A DNA stretch of 32,000 nucleotides, from contig PRDJ01000042.1 of the NCBI GenBank assembly GCA_003345555.1, forward strand, positions 1 through 32,000, read 5' to 3'. The stretch comes from Candidatus Thorarchaeota archaeon. GTDB taxonomy: Archaea > Asgardarchaeota > Thorarchaeia > Thorarchaeales > Thorarchaeaceae. Shown here in pieces: positions 16,543 through 25,594 of the stretch; the stretch's first letter is position 1; every line of letters starts with the position of its first letter. The notes beneath the pieces are model-generated. The model was not told the origin of the DNA and searched no databases. It saw only the letters and a program-made list of their open reading frames with translations. A program made the position numbers and the translations under genes.

Positions 16543-17034
16543 TTGGTGAGTGAGATTAGCAGAATTCCATTGAGATACATGTTCTGGGCTATTCTCTACT
16601 CATTCATAATCAATCTTCTTGACGAAACGATGATGAATGGTGGCTTCGTCGAAGGGGTGAAGACGCATTTCTGGGCAGATTTCTCTTCTGACAAGTTCTT
16701 CTTAATGAACGGTCTGTTCATTCTTTTCATCACGGTGAGCATTCTAATCTATGAAAGAAGAGGCGGCCGCTGGGTTGTGTTCCCGCTTTTCTGGTCGATG
16801 GAACGCACGTTCAATGGATTTTGGCATGTCTGGTGGACTCTTGCATTCCTCAGTTACTCTCCTGGTTTGGTGACCAGTGGCCTCTTCTGGATCATCACAT
16901 ACTTGCTGGTCAAGGAGAACTACAGACAGGGCGATTTCACAAGAAGACAACTACTGACAGCAACTGCGACTGCGTTGGTCTTTGAGTCACTATTCCTAGG
17001 ACTGTTTCTGGTTGTTCCTCTGTTAGGAGCATAG
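16543..17034 (+). CDS. HXXEE-domain-like integral membrane protein
   Basis: About 5 hydrophobic segments. FFLMN, NGFWH.....SYSPGLVTS match HXXEE-family landmarks. The signature itself reads NLLDE. Confidence 0.65.
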   Translation: MVSEISRIPLRYMFWAILYSFIINLLDETMMNGGFVEGVKTHFWADFSSDKFFLMNGLFILFITVSILIYERRGGRWVVFPLFWSMERTFNGFWHVWWTLAFLSYSPGLVTSGLFWIITYLLVKENYRQGDFTRRQLLTATATALVFESLFLGLFLVVPLLGA

Positions 17035-17063
17035 TGCACACGGCATAAAGAGTGAAGTGGATG

Positions 17064-17423
17064 CTACGCGTCTCCGCCCAAGAGACTCTCGACGAGTTCG
17101 GCATAGATTTCCTCCGGCATGACACCGACGAGTCTGTCCATTTTCTTACCGCTTCCATCATCGAATACTACACGCCTGCCTTCGCTGAACACGAAGACCG
17201 AAGGTACACCACTCACTCTGTTCTTCATACTGAATTCCCGGTTATTGTCAACGTCTATCTTTACGACCTTAAGCCCTCTATCGCCATACTTCTCAACTAG
17301 TCCCTCAAGAATCGGGCTCAGGACTTTGCAGGGGTGACACCAAGTGGCAAAACAGTCCACAAACACCAGCTTGTTGTCGCTGACGACTTTTTCAAGCTGG
17401 TCAGACATGATTTCATCAACCAT
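17064..17423 (-). CDS. Thioredoxin (WCHPC), paralog of 15211..15579
   Basis: VFVDCFATWCHPC..LSPILE, VVKIDVD, VSGVPSVFVF, DRLVG. Confidence 0.92.
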   Translation of the reverse strand: MVDEIMSDQLEKVVSDNKLVFVDCFATWCHPCKVLSPILEGLVEKYGDRGLKVVKIDVDNNREFSMKNRVSGVPSVFVFSEGRRVVFDDGSGKKMDRLVGVMPEEIYAELVESLLGGDA

Positions 17424-17596
17424 CGATTACTTTCTCCACTCATCGGTTGTGCACGATTACCGCACAACCCTTTTAATGTTTACGATAGAACACCAAGAAG
17501 GTGTTCTGCTATCTGCTTTTCAGTTTTCATCGGCTGTGCACTGCCAAACTTTGATAAGCGCCAGACCGACGTGCTGTCAAGTCCTAGGTGATTGCC

Positions 17597-20248
17597 ATGC
17601 CTGTGCTCCATTGCCCCACGTGTGGTTCCAAGCTTGACATCTACAAGGGCGGCCAGGTATGGACAGTTCGATGTCCTACATGCAACACGCAGGTAGACGT
17701 CGGAGGCCGGAACAAGGATCTTCTTGATGCTTACGAAGCGTACATTCAAGCTGTTCAGAGCGGCACGGCCCGGACAAGCACTGGCCCACGATTGGCCAAG
17801 ACTGAGGTGCCCCTAAGCACTATCGTCGAGGAAGAGGGAATCGGCAAGAGGACAGTCCATCGCGGCGGCGAGAAGAAACAGTCCCGGGAAGAAGTTGCCA
17901 AGACTGTGGCAGCTGGTGGCTCAAGCATCGATGAATTGCCGCACGCCTTGAGACCTCTGATTGAGAGCGGTAGGGACTACTTGGTGACCTATCGCTACAA
18001 TACCGCCACGGATGCTGAATATGGCTGCAGCATAGATGATCTGAAGATACCGTCGAGGCTGAAGTCATTACTCCTGAAGAGGGGCATATCTCGTCTGTAC
18101 AAGTTTCAGGAACAGGCCCTTGAAGAGATTCAGGCGGGAAAGGACGTCGTGCTAGTAGCTCCCACAGGACAGGGCAAGACAGAGGCTTTTGTCCTGCCGA
18201 TTATCAACAGACTTCTGGCGACCACACAAGACGCATTTGCCGAAAGGGGTATCAGAGCTCTCCTAGTATATCCCACCAAAGCGCTCGCAAGAGATCAGTA
18301 TGACAAACTCGAACAGATGTGCTCAGCATCCAGTTTGAGACTTGGAGTCTTCGATGGCGACGTTCCGGCTAATCAGCGGGAGAAAATCTATGCGAACCCA
18401 CCCGACATTCTGCTGACCAACCCAGACGTGCTACACTATCACCTAGGGTGGGACCGGTCACGTTTGGTACCTCTGCTGCGATCGGTCAAACATGTTGTAC
18501 TTGATGAGATTCATCTCTACACGGGGTCCATGGGCGCGAACGTCTACTACATTCTAAAACGTCTGGAGATGGAGTCGGGTAAGCTTCAGGTTGTGGGCGC
18601 CTCAGCAACGGTATCCAATCCGGTAGAGTTCGCTGAGCAACTCTTCGACAGACCTGTCCAACTTATTGAGTCGACATCTGCACGCCGGGGTCCGTTTCAC
18701 TTCTGCATGTACTTTCCAGCTGAACGCAGCAAATATAGCATGATAGTTGACTTGGTCCGGATGCTCCAGCGGGGCCAGTACAAGACTTTGGTCTTTGGCA
18801 ATACCCACTCCGAAGCTGAGTTGCTGAACCTCCTGCTCAGGAATGCCGGCGTGAAATCCGAGATTCATAGGGCAGGTTTGTCAAAGGCGCACAGGACTCA
18901 GGTAGAGAACGAGTTCAAGTCGGGGCAATTGCCAGTGCTTGTATCCACACCCACGCTTGAACTGGGCATAGACATCGGAGACCTTGACAGCGTAGTGAGC
19001 ATGATTGTTTCAATCACGAGACTGACTCAGAGAATCGGGAGAGCCGGACGCAAAGGGCAGGAAAGCGTCGCGATTCTTGCTCTTCGTGAGAATGATCCGA
19101 TTTCAGCCTACTATCGGCTTAGACCTGACAAGTATTTCACTGACATAGACTCAGCCTACATGGAACCGGAGAACGAAGTCGTCGGACGATATCAGCTCAT
19201 GGCCGCAGCCTTGAGTGGAAAGCTGGACGTATCTCAGTTTCCAAGGCAACGGAAGATAATCGACTCGTTGGTTGCAGAGGGCCTTCTCAAGGTGCTTGCT
19301 ACCGGACAGGTCAGAGTGGCCGAAGCTAATAAAGTTCGCAAGGAATTGCGAGACTACAACGTTCGTGGGATAGGTGCGACAATCGAAATCAAGAGCGGAA
19401 TGAAAACACTCGGCGAACGTTCGATGCCTATGGCCGCTCAAGAGCTTCACCCAGGAGCAATCTACCTACATGGCGGCAAGAACTACCAATGTGTCGATTT
19501 CAAGTACATTCCTCCCATCGGAAGAGCGACCGTAGCTCCTATGCAAGATCGTAGCTATTACACCCGTCCGTTGTACATGACCATGCCTAGGATAGTCGAG
19601 TCGCACGAAGAACGACAGGTCTTGGGTCTCAAGGTCCTCTACTGCAGTCTAGAGATGACGCAGACTGTAACAGGCTTTGTCAAGAAGGAAACACTCTCCG
19701 GCAGAAACGTGAGCAAAGCAGAACTTCCTCAGCCGCTGGAGTACAAGTATCCGACCCGTGGCTTCGTGTTTTCAATGCCGGAACCTAAATCTGCAATCGA
19801 CGATTATACTCATGGCAAGTTCGCCAGTCTGGGTGGTCCGAAGATGAGCCCAGTTGAGCTCTATGGAGGCACATTTCATGCAGTGGAGCATGTCATAATC
19901 GAGTCGAGTGACATGCTGACCGGCGGAGGGACCAGAGAGATAGGCGGCGTGTCGATGGGTGACTCCGGTATCATATTCGTCTACGATGGTAGTCCGGGCG
20001 GCAATGGAGCATCTAAGCTGCTCTTTGGTAGACTCGATGAAGCGTTTCAAAGGGCCGAGACCATGCTTGCAAAGTGTGACTGCAAGACTATCGACGGATG
20101 CCCACTCTGCACATATTCCTATCAATGCGGCAATAACAACCAACCGCTGTTCAAGCTCGGTGCTCTAGAGAGCATAAGAGCGGTCCTGAACAGAGCTGAG
20201 ACAAAGGTCGATGTGGTCGGATACTCAACCTATGAGCCTGTCGTATAG
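17597..20248 (+). CDS. SF2 DEAD/DEAH helicase with C-terminal DUF1998 (Hrq1/MrfA/SftH-like) and N-terminal zinc ribbon
   Basis: CPTCG...CPTC. LYKFQ, APTGQGKT, VYPTKALARDQ, LTNPD, VLDEIH, GASAT, IHRAG, STPTLELGIDIG, QRIGRAGR. DUF1998: HAVEH...YDG.PGGNG...CDC..GCPLC..S.QCGN.N. SD AGGTGA favours ATG 17597. Confidence 0.93.
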   Translation: MPVLHCPTCGSKLDIYKGGQVWTVRCPTCNTQVDVGGRNKDLLDAYEAYIQAVQSGTARTSTGPRLAKTEVPLSTIVEEEGIGKRTVHRGGEKKQSREEVAKTVAAGGSSIDELPHALRPLIESGRDYLVTYRYNTATDAEYGCSIDDLKIPSRLKSLLLKRGISRLYKFQEQALEEIQAGKDVVLVAPTGQGKTEAFVLPIINRLLATTQDAFAERGIRALLVYPTKALARDQYDKLEQMCSASSLRLGVFDGDVPANQREKIYANPPDILLTNPDVLHYHLGWDRSRLVPLLRSVKHVVLDEIHLYTGSMGANVYYILKRLEMESGKLQVVGASATVSNPVEFAEQLFDRPVQLIESTSARRGPFHFCMYFPAERSKYSMIVDLVRMLQRGQYKTLVFGNTHSEAELLNLLLRNAGVKSEIHRAGLSKAHRTQVENEFKSGQLPVLVSTPTLELGIDIGDLDSVVSMIVSITRLTQRIGRAGRKGQESVAILALRENDPISAYYRLRPDKYFTDIDSAYMEPENEVVGRYQLMAAALSGKLDVSQFPRQRKIIDSLVAEGLLKVLATGQVRVAEANKVRKELRDYNVRGIGATIEIKSGMKTLGERSMPMAAQELHPGAIYLHGGKNYQCVDFKYIPPIGRATVAPMQDRSYYTRPLYMTMPRIVESHEERQVLGLKVLYCSLEMTQTVTGFVKKETLSGRNVSKAELPQPLEYKYPTRGFVFSMPEPKSAIDDYTHGKFASLGGPKMSPVELYGGTFHAVEHVIIESSDMLTGGGTREIGGVSMGDSGIIFVYDGSPGGNGASKLLFGRLDEAFQRAETMLAKCDCKTIDGCPLCTYSYQCGNNNQPLFKLGALESIRAVLNRAETKVDVVGYSTYEPVV

Positions 20249-20260
20249 GAGCGTGAAGTT

Positions 20261-22204
20261 GTGACTGAGTTCCTTATCAATCGTGGTCATGATGGTCCTG
20301 CTCGCTCTGGTACGCTCAGGCTGAAATCCTCAACTACATCCACACCCGCCTTGATCGGAGGAACTAGTTCTACTGATTCTATTCTAGGGATCTGGACCTT
20401 AGGACGTGATTCTCGGCCATTGTCGGTCCCCTGCATTCTCGCCCTGCCTCCTCTCTCAGACTACACCGATTCGATGCTGGAATTGATCCGAGATGATGAT
20501 CCGATTCTCTTGCCATCGCTGCCATCCTCATCGACCTTGGGCCCGGACTTTGCAGCGGCTCTTCTCAATCGACAGCTGGTTCTTCTACAGAATTCAGGAG
20601 ATATGATTGAACCGTCGAGAGTGATAGTTAGAATACCTCCTCAAGTAAAACATGAGCTTCTTGACTCCATAGTCCCTCGGTTCGACGAGCTAGGCGTTCG
20701 CGGTGCGGCGTTCGTATTCAACGGCGAGCTTGGTCCGAACGACCGAGACTCGCTAGCGCTTCGGTCAAGGCTTCCTCGCAATTGGCTAACATTGGCGCTC
20801 GGAAGAATAGAGCCGTATGCCATTCCAGTATTCTACTATCTGGGTCTTGACTTGATTGATGCTGGTAGAGCATTGGGTGCGGCGGCTCAGGGAATCCGTC
20901 TGTGGCCCAGAGGATACGAGAGCATTCCACATTCCGAGGAGATACGCTATTGTTCTTGTCACGCATGTTCGTCGCAGACGAATCTAGCAGATATTGACAG
21001 AGAAGCCCTTCAGACAGTTCTCGTGGCACACAACATGGGTCTCTGCAGGACGTTTCTCTCAGAGAGTGTGAACGCGGCACATTTGGGGCAGCTGCGGTCT
21101 CTTGTCGAATCTATGACCCACTCAAGCCCGGCATCTGCAGCTTTCCTGAGAACCGTCGATAAGGAACTCTACACTTTTACCGAAGAGTTCACCAACACAA
21201 CGGGGAGTGGTGCTCTGCCGCTCATTGGTCCGGAGTCGTACAATTCCCCTGTTGTGAGACGATTCCGTGAATATGTCGCATCAAGATATGTGCCACCTAG
21301 TTACAAGAAGCTCATACTAATCCTGCCATGTTCTGCCCGCAAGCCGTATTCAGACTCAAAGTCACACAAGCTGTTCCGGGAGGTCACCGATGCAGGCTTG
21401 GGAGCATCGAGATTCGCAGTCGCGGAAACCATACTGACATCGCCACTAGGGGTTATTCCCAGAGAGCTTGAACGAAGTTACCCGGCATCCTTCTACGATC
21501 TTCCTGTGACCGGTGATTGGGACGCAGAGGAAACCGCGATTGCTGCTGACGCACTTTCTGTGCACCTGGCAAAATTCGACAAATCGGCTGTGGTTATTGC
21601 ACACGTTTCGGGAGGGTATGAAGATGCTGTCAAGGCTGCTGAATCCAGAATTCAGCAGAGCATAATTTACACCACGAGTGGTCAACCAGCTACCAGCAGG
21701 GAGTCGCTAGAATCTCTGGGGGAGACTCTCAAAGAACTGGTGGATGTTCTCTCCCTGAAGTCCGGCCGTAGCCTTGAGAACAAGGAGATACTTCGGGCAA
21801 CTGCTGACTTCCAGTTCGGATCCGGTTCGGGCGAAGTTCTGATTCCCGAGAATGCATCGGTATGGGGCAAGCCTTATGGTATGATTGTTAGTCGGATTGA
21901 GAAAGAGCAGACCTGCGCCTATGTGGCTGCTTCGGGTGCTCTCTCTCTTACGCTTGTGGGCGGGCGGCTAGTAGCTCCTCTTGAACGATACTGGGTACGA
22001 TTCGATGGGCGCCGGATAAAGGGGGGTTCGGTCTTTGCTGTTGGCGTCCTTGACGCAGACCCGAAGATACGACCGGGCGACGAGGTTATTGTGATTGGGA
22101 CTGATGATGAGGTCATAGGAGTAGGCCGCAGTGAAATGTCTGGCATTGAGATGTGTGAGTTCGAGAAGGGCTGCGCAGTGTCCGTGCGGCACAAGGTGGA
22201 TTGA
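20261..22204 (+). CDS. arcS: Archaeosine synthase subunit alpha (ArcS/TgtA2)
   Basis: Degenerate TGT barrel start (DGPARSG), Zn motif CSCHAC...HN, DUF5591 LILPCSARKPYSDSKSH, ILTSPLGVIPRELE..YP...YDLPVTGDW, ATADFQFG, C-terminal PUA (SVFAVGV..AD..IRPGDEV). Confidence 0.92.
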   Translation: MTEFLINRGHDGPARSGTLRLKSSTTSTPALIGGTSSTDSILGIWTLGRDSRPLSVPCILALPPLSDYTDSMLELIRDDDPILLPSLPSSSTLGPDFAAALLNRQLVLLQNSGDMIEPSRVIVRIPPQVKHELLDSIVPRFDELGVRGAAFVFNGELGPNDRDSLALRSRLPRNWLTLALGRIEPYAIPVFYYLGLDLIDAGRALGAAAQGIRLWPRGYESIPHSEEIRYCSCHACSSQTNLADIDREALQTVLVAHNMGLCRTFLSESVNAAHLGQLRSLVESMTHSSPASAAFLRTVDKELYTFTEEFTNTTGSGALPLIGPESYNSPVVRRFREYVASRYVPPSYKKLILILPCSARKPYSDSKSHKLFREVTDAGLGASRFAVAETILTSPLGVIPRELERSYPASFYDLPVTGDWDAEETAIAADALSVHLAKFDKSAVVIAHVSGGYEDAVKAAESRIQQSIIYTTSGQPATSRESLESLGETLKELVDVLSLKSGRSLENKEILRATADFQFGSGSGEVLIPENASVWGKPYGMIVSRIEKEQTCAYVAASGALSLTLVGGRLVAPLERYWVRFDGRRIKGGSVFAVGVLDADPKIRPGDEVIVIGTDDEVIGVGRSEMSGIEMCEFEKGCAVSVRHKVD

Positions 22205-22213
22205 GAGTAAGCC

Positions 22214-23314
22214 ATGGATGATTTTACGGATGAACTGCACAGGCTTGTTGTCGAGGAAACAAGGAGTGCAAGAGGAGCCTCAATTCGCAAACGTCCTGCT
22301 AGACCTGCCATCATGCCAGCTTCTGCATGGACGACAGAGACCCGAATTTCGTCCGAGACCGGAAGGGCTCTGTCCATTGTGTTTTCCACGATAGGATGTG
22401 CTCACGCGCGCGATGCCTCCGGAGGTTGCACTATGTGCAGTTACCTTCTGGATGGCACTCAAAGGTCACCGTCGTCCGAAGAGCTTCAACAGCAGTTCAC
22501 GAACGCAATGTCAAAGCTAGAGGGGGCACCTAGCCCGGTCTCTGTGAAGCTCTACACCAGTGGTAGCTTCTTGGACCCGGGCGAGGTGCCGGTCTCTGCT
22601 AGGACTGCCATATTGGAGATGCTTGCTGCTGACAGCCGAGTACGTGAGGTAGTGCTGGAATCGCGCCCTGAGTATGTGTCTCAGGAGGTCATGGCGGAGC
22701 TGAGAAAGTCTCTTGGAGACAAAGAGATAGAACTCGGCATTGGTCTGGAGAGCAGTAATGATCTGATTAGGTCAATATGCATCAACAAGGGGTTCTCAGC
22801 TGAGGACTTTCACAATGCCATCGAGATAGCAAGGTCAGAAGGAATTGGTGTGCGTGCCTATGTCTTGGTGAAGCCTCCCTTCCTGACTGAAAGGGATGCT
22901 CTTCTTGATGGCATACAGACGATTCGTGATGTAGCCGCCATGGGTGCCACAACAATCTCAGTCAATCCTGTCAACGTCCAGAGCTATACTCTCGTGGAGC
23001 GGCTGTGGTCCAGAGGCGAGTATCGGCCCCCGTGGCTGTGGACTGTGCTTGAGATTCTGCGACAGTCGAGTAGTTCCTCGGGCGATTCAGTCAGAATTGT
23101 GTGCGACCCCGTGGCGGCGGGAAGAATACGAGGAACGCACAACTGTGGGGTTTGTGACGAGGCTGTCTCGCAAGCCATTCATGAGTTTTCCTTAGTTCAG
23201 GATGCATCCGTTCTGGAGGGTCTCGACTGCAGCTGCTTGTCTGAGTGGGAACATGTGCTGGAACACGAAGACTCGTCGCTGTTAGTGCACGATCATACGT
23301 TAACGGGCAAATAG
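22214..23314 (+). CDS. raSEA: Archaeosine biosynthesis radical SAM protein RaSEA (TIGR01210-like)
   Basis: TIGC.....GGCTMCSY (Cx9Cx2C), VKLYTSGSFLD..EV, ESRPEYV, IGLES..D, INKG, AYVL.KPPFL.E, S.NP.NVQ.YT.VE.LW.RGEYRPPWLW, RGTHNCG.CD. Lies 9 bp after arcS. Confidence 0.93.
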   Translation: MDDFTDELHRLVVEETRSARGASIRKRPARPAIMPASAWTTETRISSETGRALSIVFSTIGCAHARDASGGCTMCSYLLDGTQRSPSSEELQQQFTNAMSKLEGAPSPVSVKLYTSGSFLDPGEVPVSARTAILEMLAADSRVREVVLESRPEYVSQEVMAELRKSLGDKEIELGIGLESSNDLIRSICINKGFSAEDFHNAIEIARSEGIGVRAYVLVKPPFLTERDALLDGIQTIRDVAAMGATTISVNPVNVQSYTLVERLWSRGEYRPPWLWTVLEILRQSSSSSGDSVRIVCDPVAAGRIRGTHNCGVCDEAVSQAIHEFSLVQDASVLEGLDCSCLSEWEHVLEHEDSSLLVHDHTLTGK

Positions 23315-23378
23315 CACGGAAAGTGTTATAGGAGCAGAAGGAGAAGGTCACCCGTTCTTGATAAGCGAGGTCTTCGAA

Positions 23379-23735
23379 ATGGCAAGATACGTCACTCGAG
23401 TTTCTGTTTGGTTCAATAGTGAGGGTGCAAGCCCTTCCACAGTCATAAGGAAGCTTGTCAGTCTTGGATTCATACCAGTGCGGGGTGCATACGATTTCAT
23501 CTACAAACATGAATCTCCGCAAGACATGACAGAATCAGAACTCAGCACTGCTATTATTGAGATTTCCAACGCGCTTCACAAGACTCTTGCCGGGTTCAAG
23601 GTTCTCTATACACTAGACACGCACACACTAGATGACGAATCTGATTACGTCCCTCTCGAGGACATAGACGCAGAGCTTGAAGCAACAAGGAAGGAAATCC
23701 AAGAACTGGAGAGAGAGACTTCGGAATTCAGCTAG
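23379..23735 (+). CDS. Conserved-looking archaeal hypothetical protein
   Basis: GAGGT upstream of ATG 23379. VWFNSEGASPS.VIRKL..LGF.PVRGAYDF.Y resembles small alpha/beta archaeal hypotheticals. Acidic coiled C-tail. Confidence 0.7.
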   Translation: MARYVTRVSVWFNSEGASPSTVIRKLVSLGFIPVRGAYDFIYKHESPQDMTESELSTAIIEISNALHKTLAGFKVLYTLDTHTLDDESDYVPLEDIDAELEATRKEIQELERETSEFS

Positions 23736-23789
23736 GATGAGCGAAGGGGCGAGAATGCCCCTGTCACTCATCTTGATAGGACTGGAGCT

Positions 23790-25571
23790 TTAGTCAGAGG
23801 CCACTTCGGGTTCGCGACGCTGGTACTCGCCCTCTCCTTTGACCACAATACGGAGTGACTTCTTGTCGCTTGGATTCATGCGAGCCCAGGTCCAGACCAT
23901 GTCAGTGCCGTCTTTCGCAGGATTCCGCTTTGGTTCGTCCTCTCGAGGATCTGTTGATACATAAGTGAAACCGCTAGGGATCCAGTCTACAAGTTTCACG
24001 TTCTCGACAGTGACTTCACCTTTGTTCTCGACGACCAGTGTTATCACATACTCACCAGCCTTCGAGCCCTTGCTAATCGCCTTCTTTGCTGCGATACGAC
24101 GCTTCCGATATACTACACCAAGCTTATGGGCAAAAGGTGTGGATACAGCTTCTGCAGCAAATCCAGCGGGGTGGGTATAAGCCCAACAATGGATTGGACT
24201 GGGGTACTCTTTCTCTGGCCTATTGCGCCAAGCCATTATGGCGTAGCTAACCTTCAAGCTATCACCGGGCTTCAGCTCACCCATGCTATCCCTCATGCCA
24301 GAGATCTTGATTCTAACCTTGTGCGGCGTCTCCGGGTTCTGGTCGTCAGGGGTTATTGTGACGCCGTAGGTTCCTGTATACTCCTTTCCCGCGACCGAGA
24401 CCGTCACATGTTCCTTCTTAGGAGGCATCACATCATCAGGAAGACTATCTTCTACCTCAATCTGGTCAAGGCGCGCCGAACCGCTGTTCTTAATGTCGAT
24501 TGTCACCTCGACCGGCGTCTTGTCAAGGCTGCTAACTTCTGAGGGATCGAATGACTTCGCATAGGTAATCTGGCACACTGGCAGGATCTGTGGCACTTTG
24601 GTTGCTGTTCCGAGCACTCTTCTCTTGACAACCCTTACCGGGGTGTAGACGACATCAGGTGTGCACTTGGGCGGGGCTTTGCTGTCAACTTCAAATGATG
24701 ACCTCCAAGTCTCACCTGGCTTCATCTCGACGCGGGGCGCAACTTCCACCATCTTCTTTTTCTCGCCACCCCCTTCTGGTGTGAGGAATACCACTGCCTT
24801 GTCAAGGCGAACTATCAAGTCGGTTTCGTTTGAGCACTCAAGAGTACACTCCCAGTGGTTGGGCTCGGTCTCAGCAGTCTCAATGCCGCTGAGGAACTCC
24901 GTGAGCGCGGTCATGTCAGGGTCCAAGCACGATCTCTGTTGACCCTGAGACTTGTAGCTGATGACAACTTCACCCGCATTTTTCTCGCTTACATCATCAA
25001 CATGAGCTAGACCCGAGAGCGTTAGTGTGGACTCTTCCTTGGGGTAGATGACGAAGTCTTTCCATACAACTTGTCGGGTTCCCTCATCGAACTTTGCCAT
25101 ACCCGATTTCGCACTGTCGACTTTGACCTTCGTCAGTTCAGGAGGAATCGTCTTGTTGACAATGATGTTGTCAATCTGGCCATCCGTCTCATTCTTGAGG
25201 TGCAGTGTAATCCTGACTGGGTTCTCCTTACCATGCACGTATGCCCAATGCGGGCTCTCTGCAGTGATGCTGCTACAGGTGTCATATGTCTCGGTGAGCG
25301 TAAGGATAGGCCCATCAATAGTGATACCATATTTCGTGCTCCACTCTCCGCCTGCTTCAACCTCACCGGCTGACAGCGTCGAGTCTTTGATGGTTGTACC
25401 GCTTCTGCTGTCTCCAAGGTTCACTCTGACATTCCATATGCGAGCTTGGGCCGAAACATTTTTGACAGTCATAACGCCTGTCGCTTCGGCAGACTCAATC
25501 TCACTCAGTTCACCAAAGCGGTTCTTCTCGCTTTCCTCCAAGTCTATAATCACATTCTTGCGCTCACTCAT
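23790..25571 (-). CDS. Multi-domain Ig-like (DUF11/BatD-type repeats) protein with no signal peptide or TM
   Basis: Three related repeats: VRITLHLKNETDGQIDNIIVNKTIPP, VEVTIDIKNSGSARLDQIEVEDSLPD, YVITLVVENKGEVTVENVKLVDWIPS. Beta-rich throughout. GGTGAG upstream favours ATG 25571; the alternative ATG 25598 overlaps the upstream stop as ATGA. Confidence 0.75.
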   Translation of the reverse strand: MSERKNVIIDLEESEKNRFGELSEIESAEATGVMTVKNVSAQARIWNVRVNLGDSRSGTTIKDSTLSAGEVEAGGEWSTKYGITIDGPILTLTETYDTCSSITAESPHWAYVHGKENPVRITLHLKNETDGQIDNIIVNKTIPPELTKVKVDSAKSGMAKFDEGTRQVVWKDFVIYPKEESTLTLSGLAHVDDVSEKNAGEVVISYKSQGQQRSCLDPDMTALTEFLSGIETAETEPNHWECTLECSNETDLIVRLDKAVVFLTPEGGGEKKKMVEVAPRVEMKPGETWRSSFEVDSKAPPKCTPDVVYTPVRVVKRRVLGTATKVPQILPVCQITYAKSFDPSEVSSLDKTPVEVTIDIKNSGSARLDQIEVEDSLPDDVMPPKKEHVTVSVAGKEYTGTYGVTITPDDQNPETPHKVRIKISGMRDSMGELKPGDSLKVSYAIMAWRNRPEKEYPSPIHCWAYTHPAGFAAEAVSTPFAHKLGVVYRKRRIAAKKAISKGSKAGEYVITLVVENKGEVTVENVKLVDWIPSGFTYVSTDPREDEPKRNPAKDGTDMVWTWARMNPSDKKSLRIVVKGEGEYQRREPEVASD

Positions 25572-25594
25572 CGATATCTCACCCGCCTGCGTGC

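Noticed and set aside
17597-20248. DISARM-type defence system suggested by DUF1998
   Set aside because: DUF1998 is fused to the helicase as in housekeeping Hrq1/MrfA/SftH, and no methylase, DrmC/D/E or other defence genes are adjacent.
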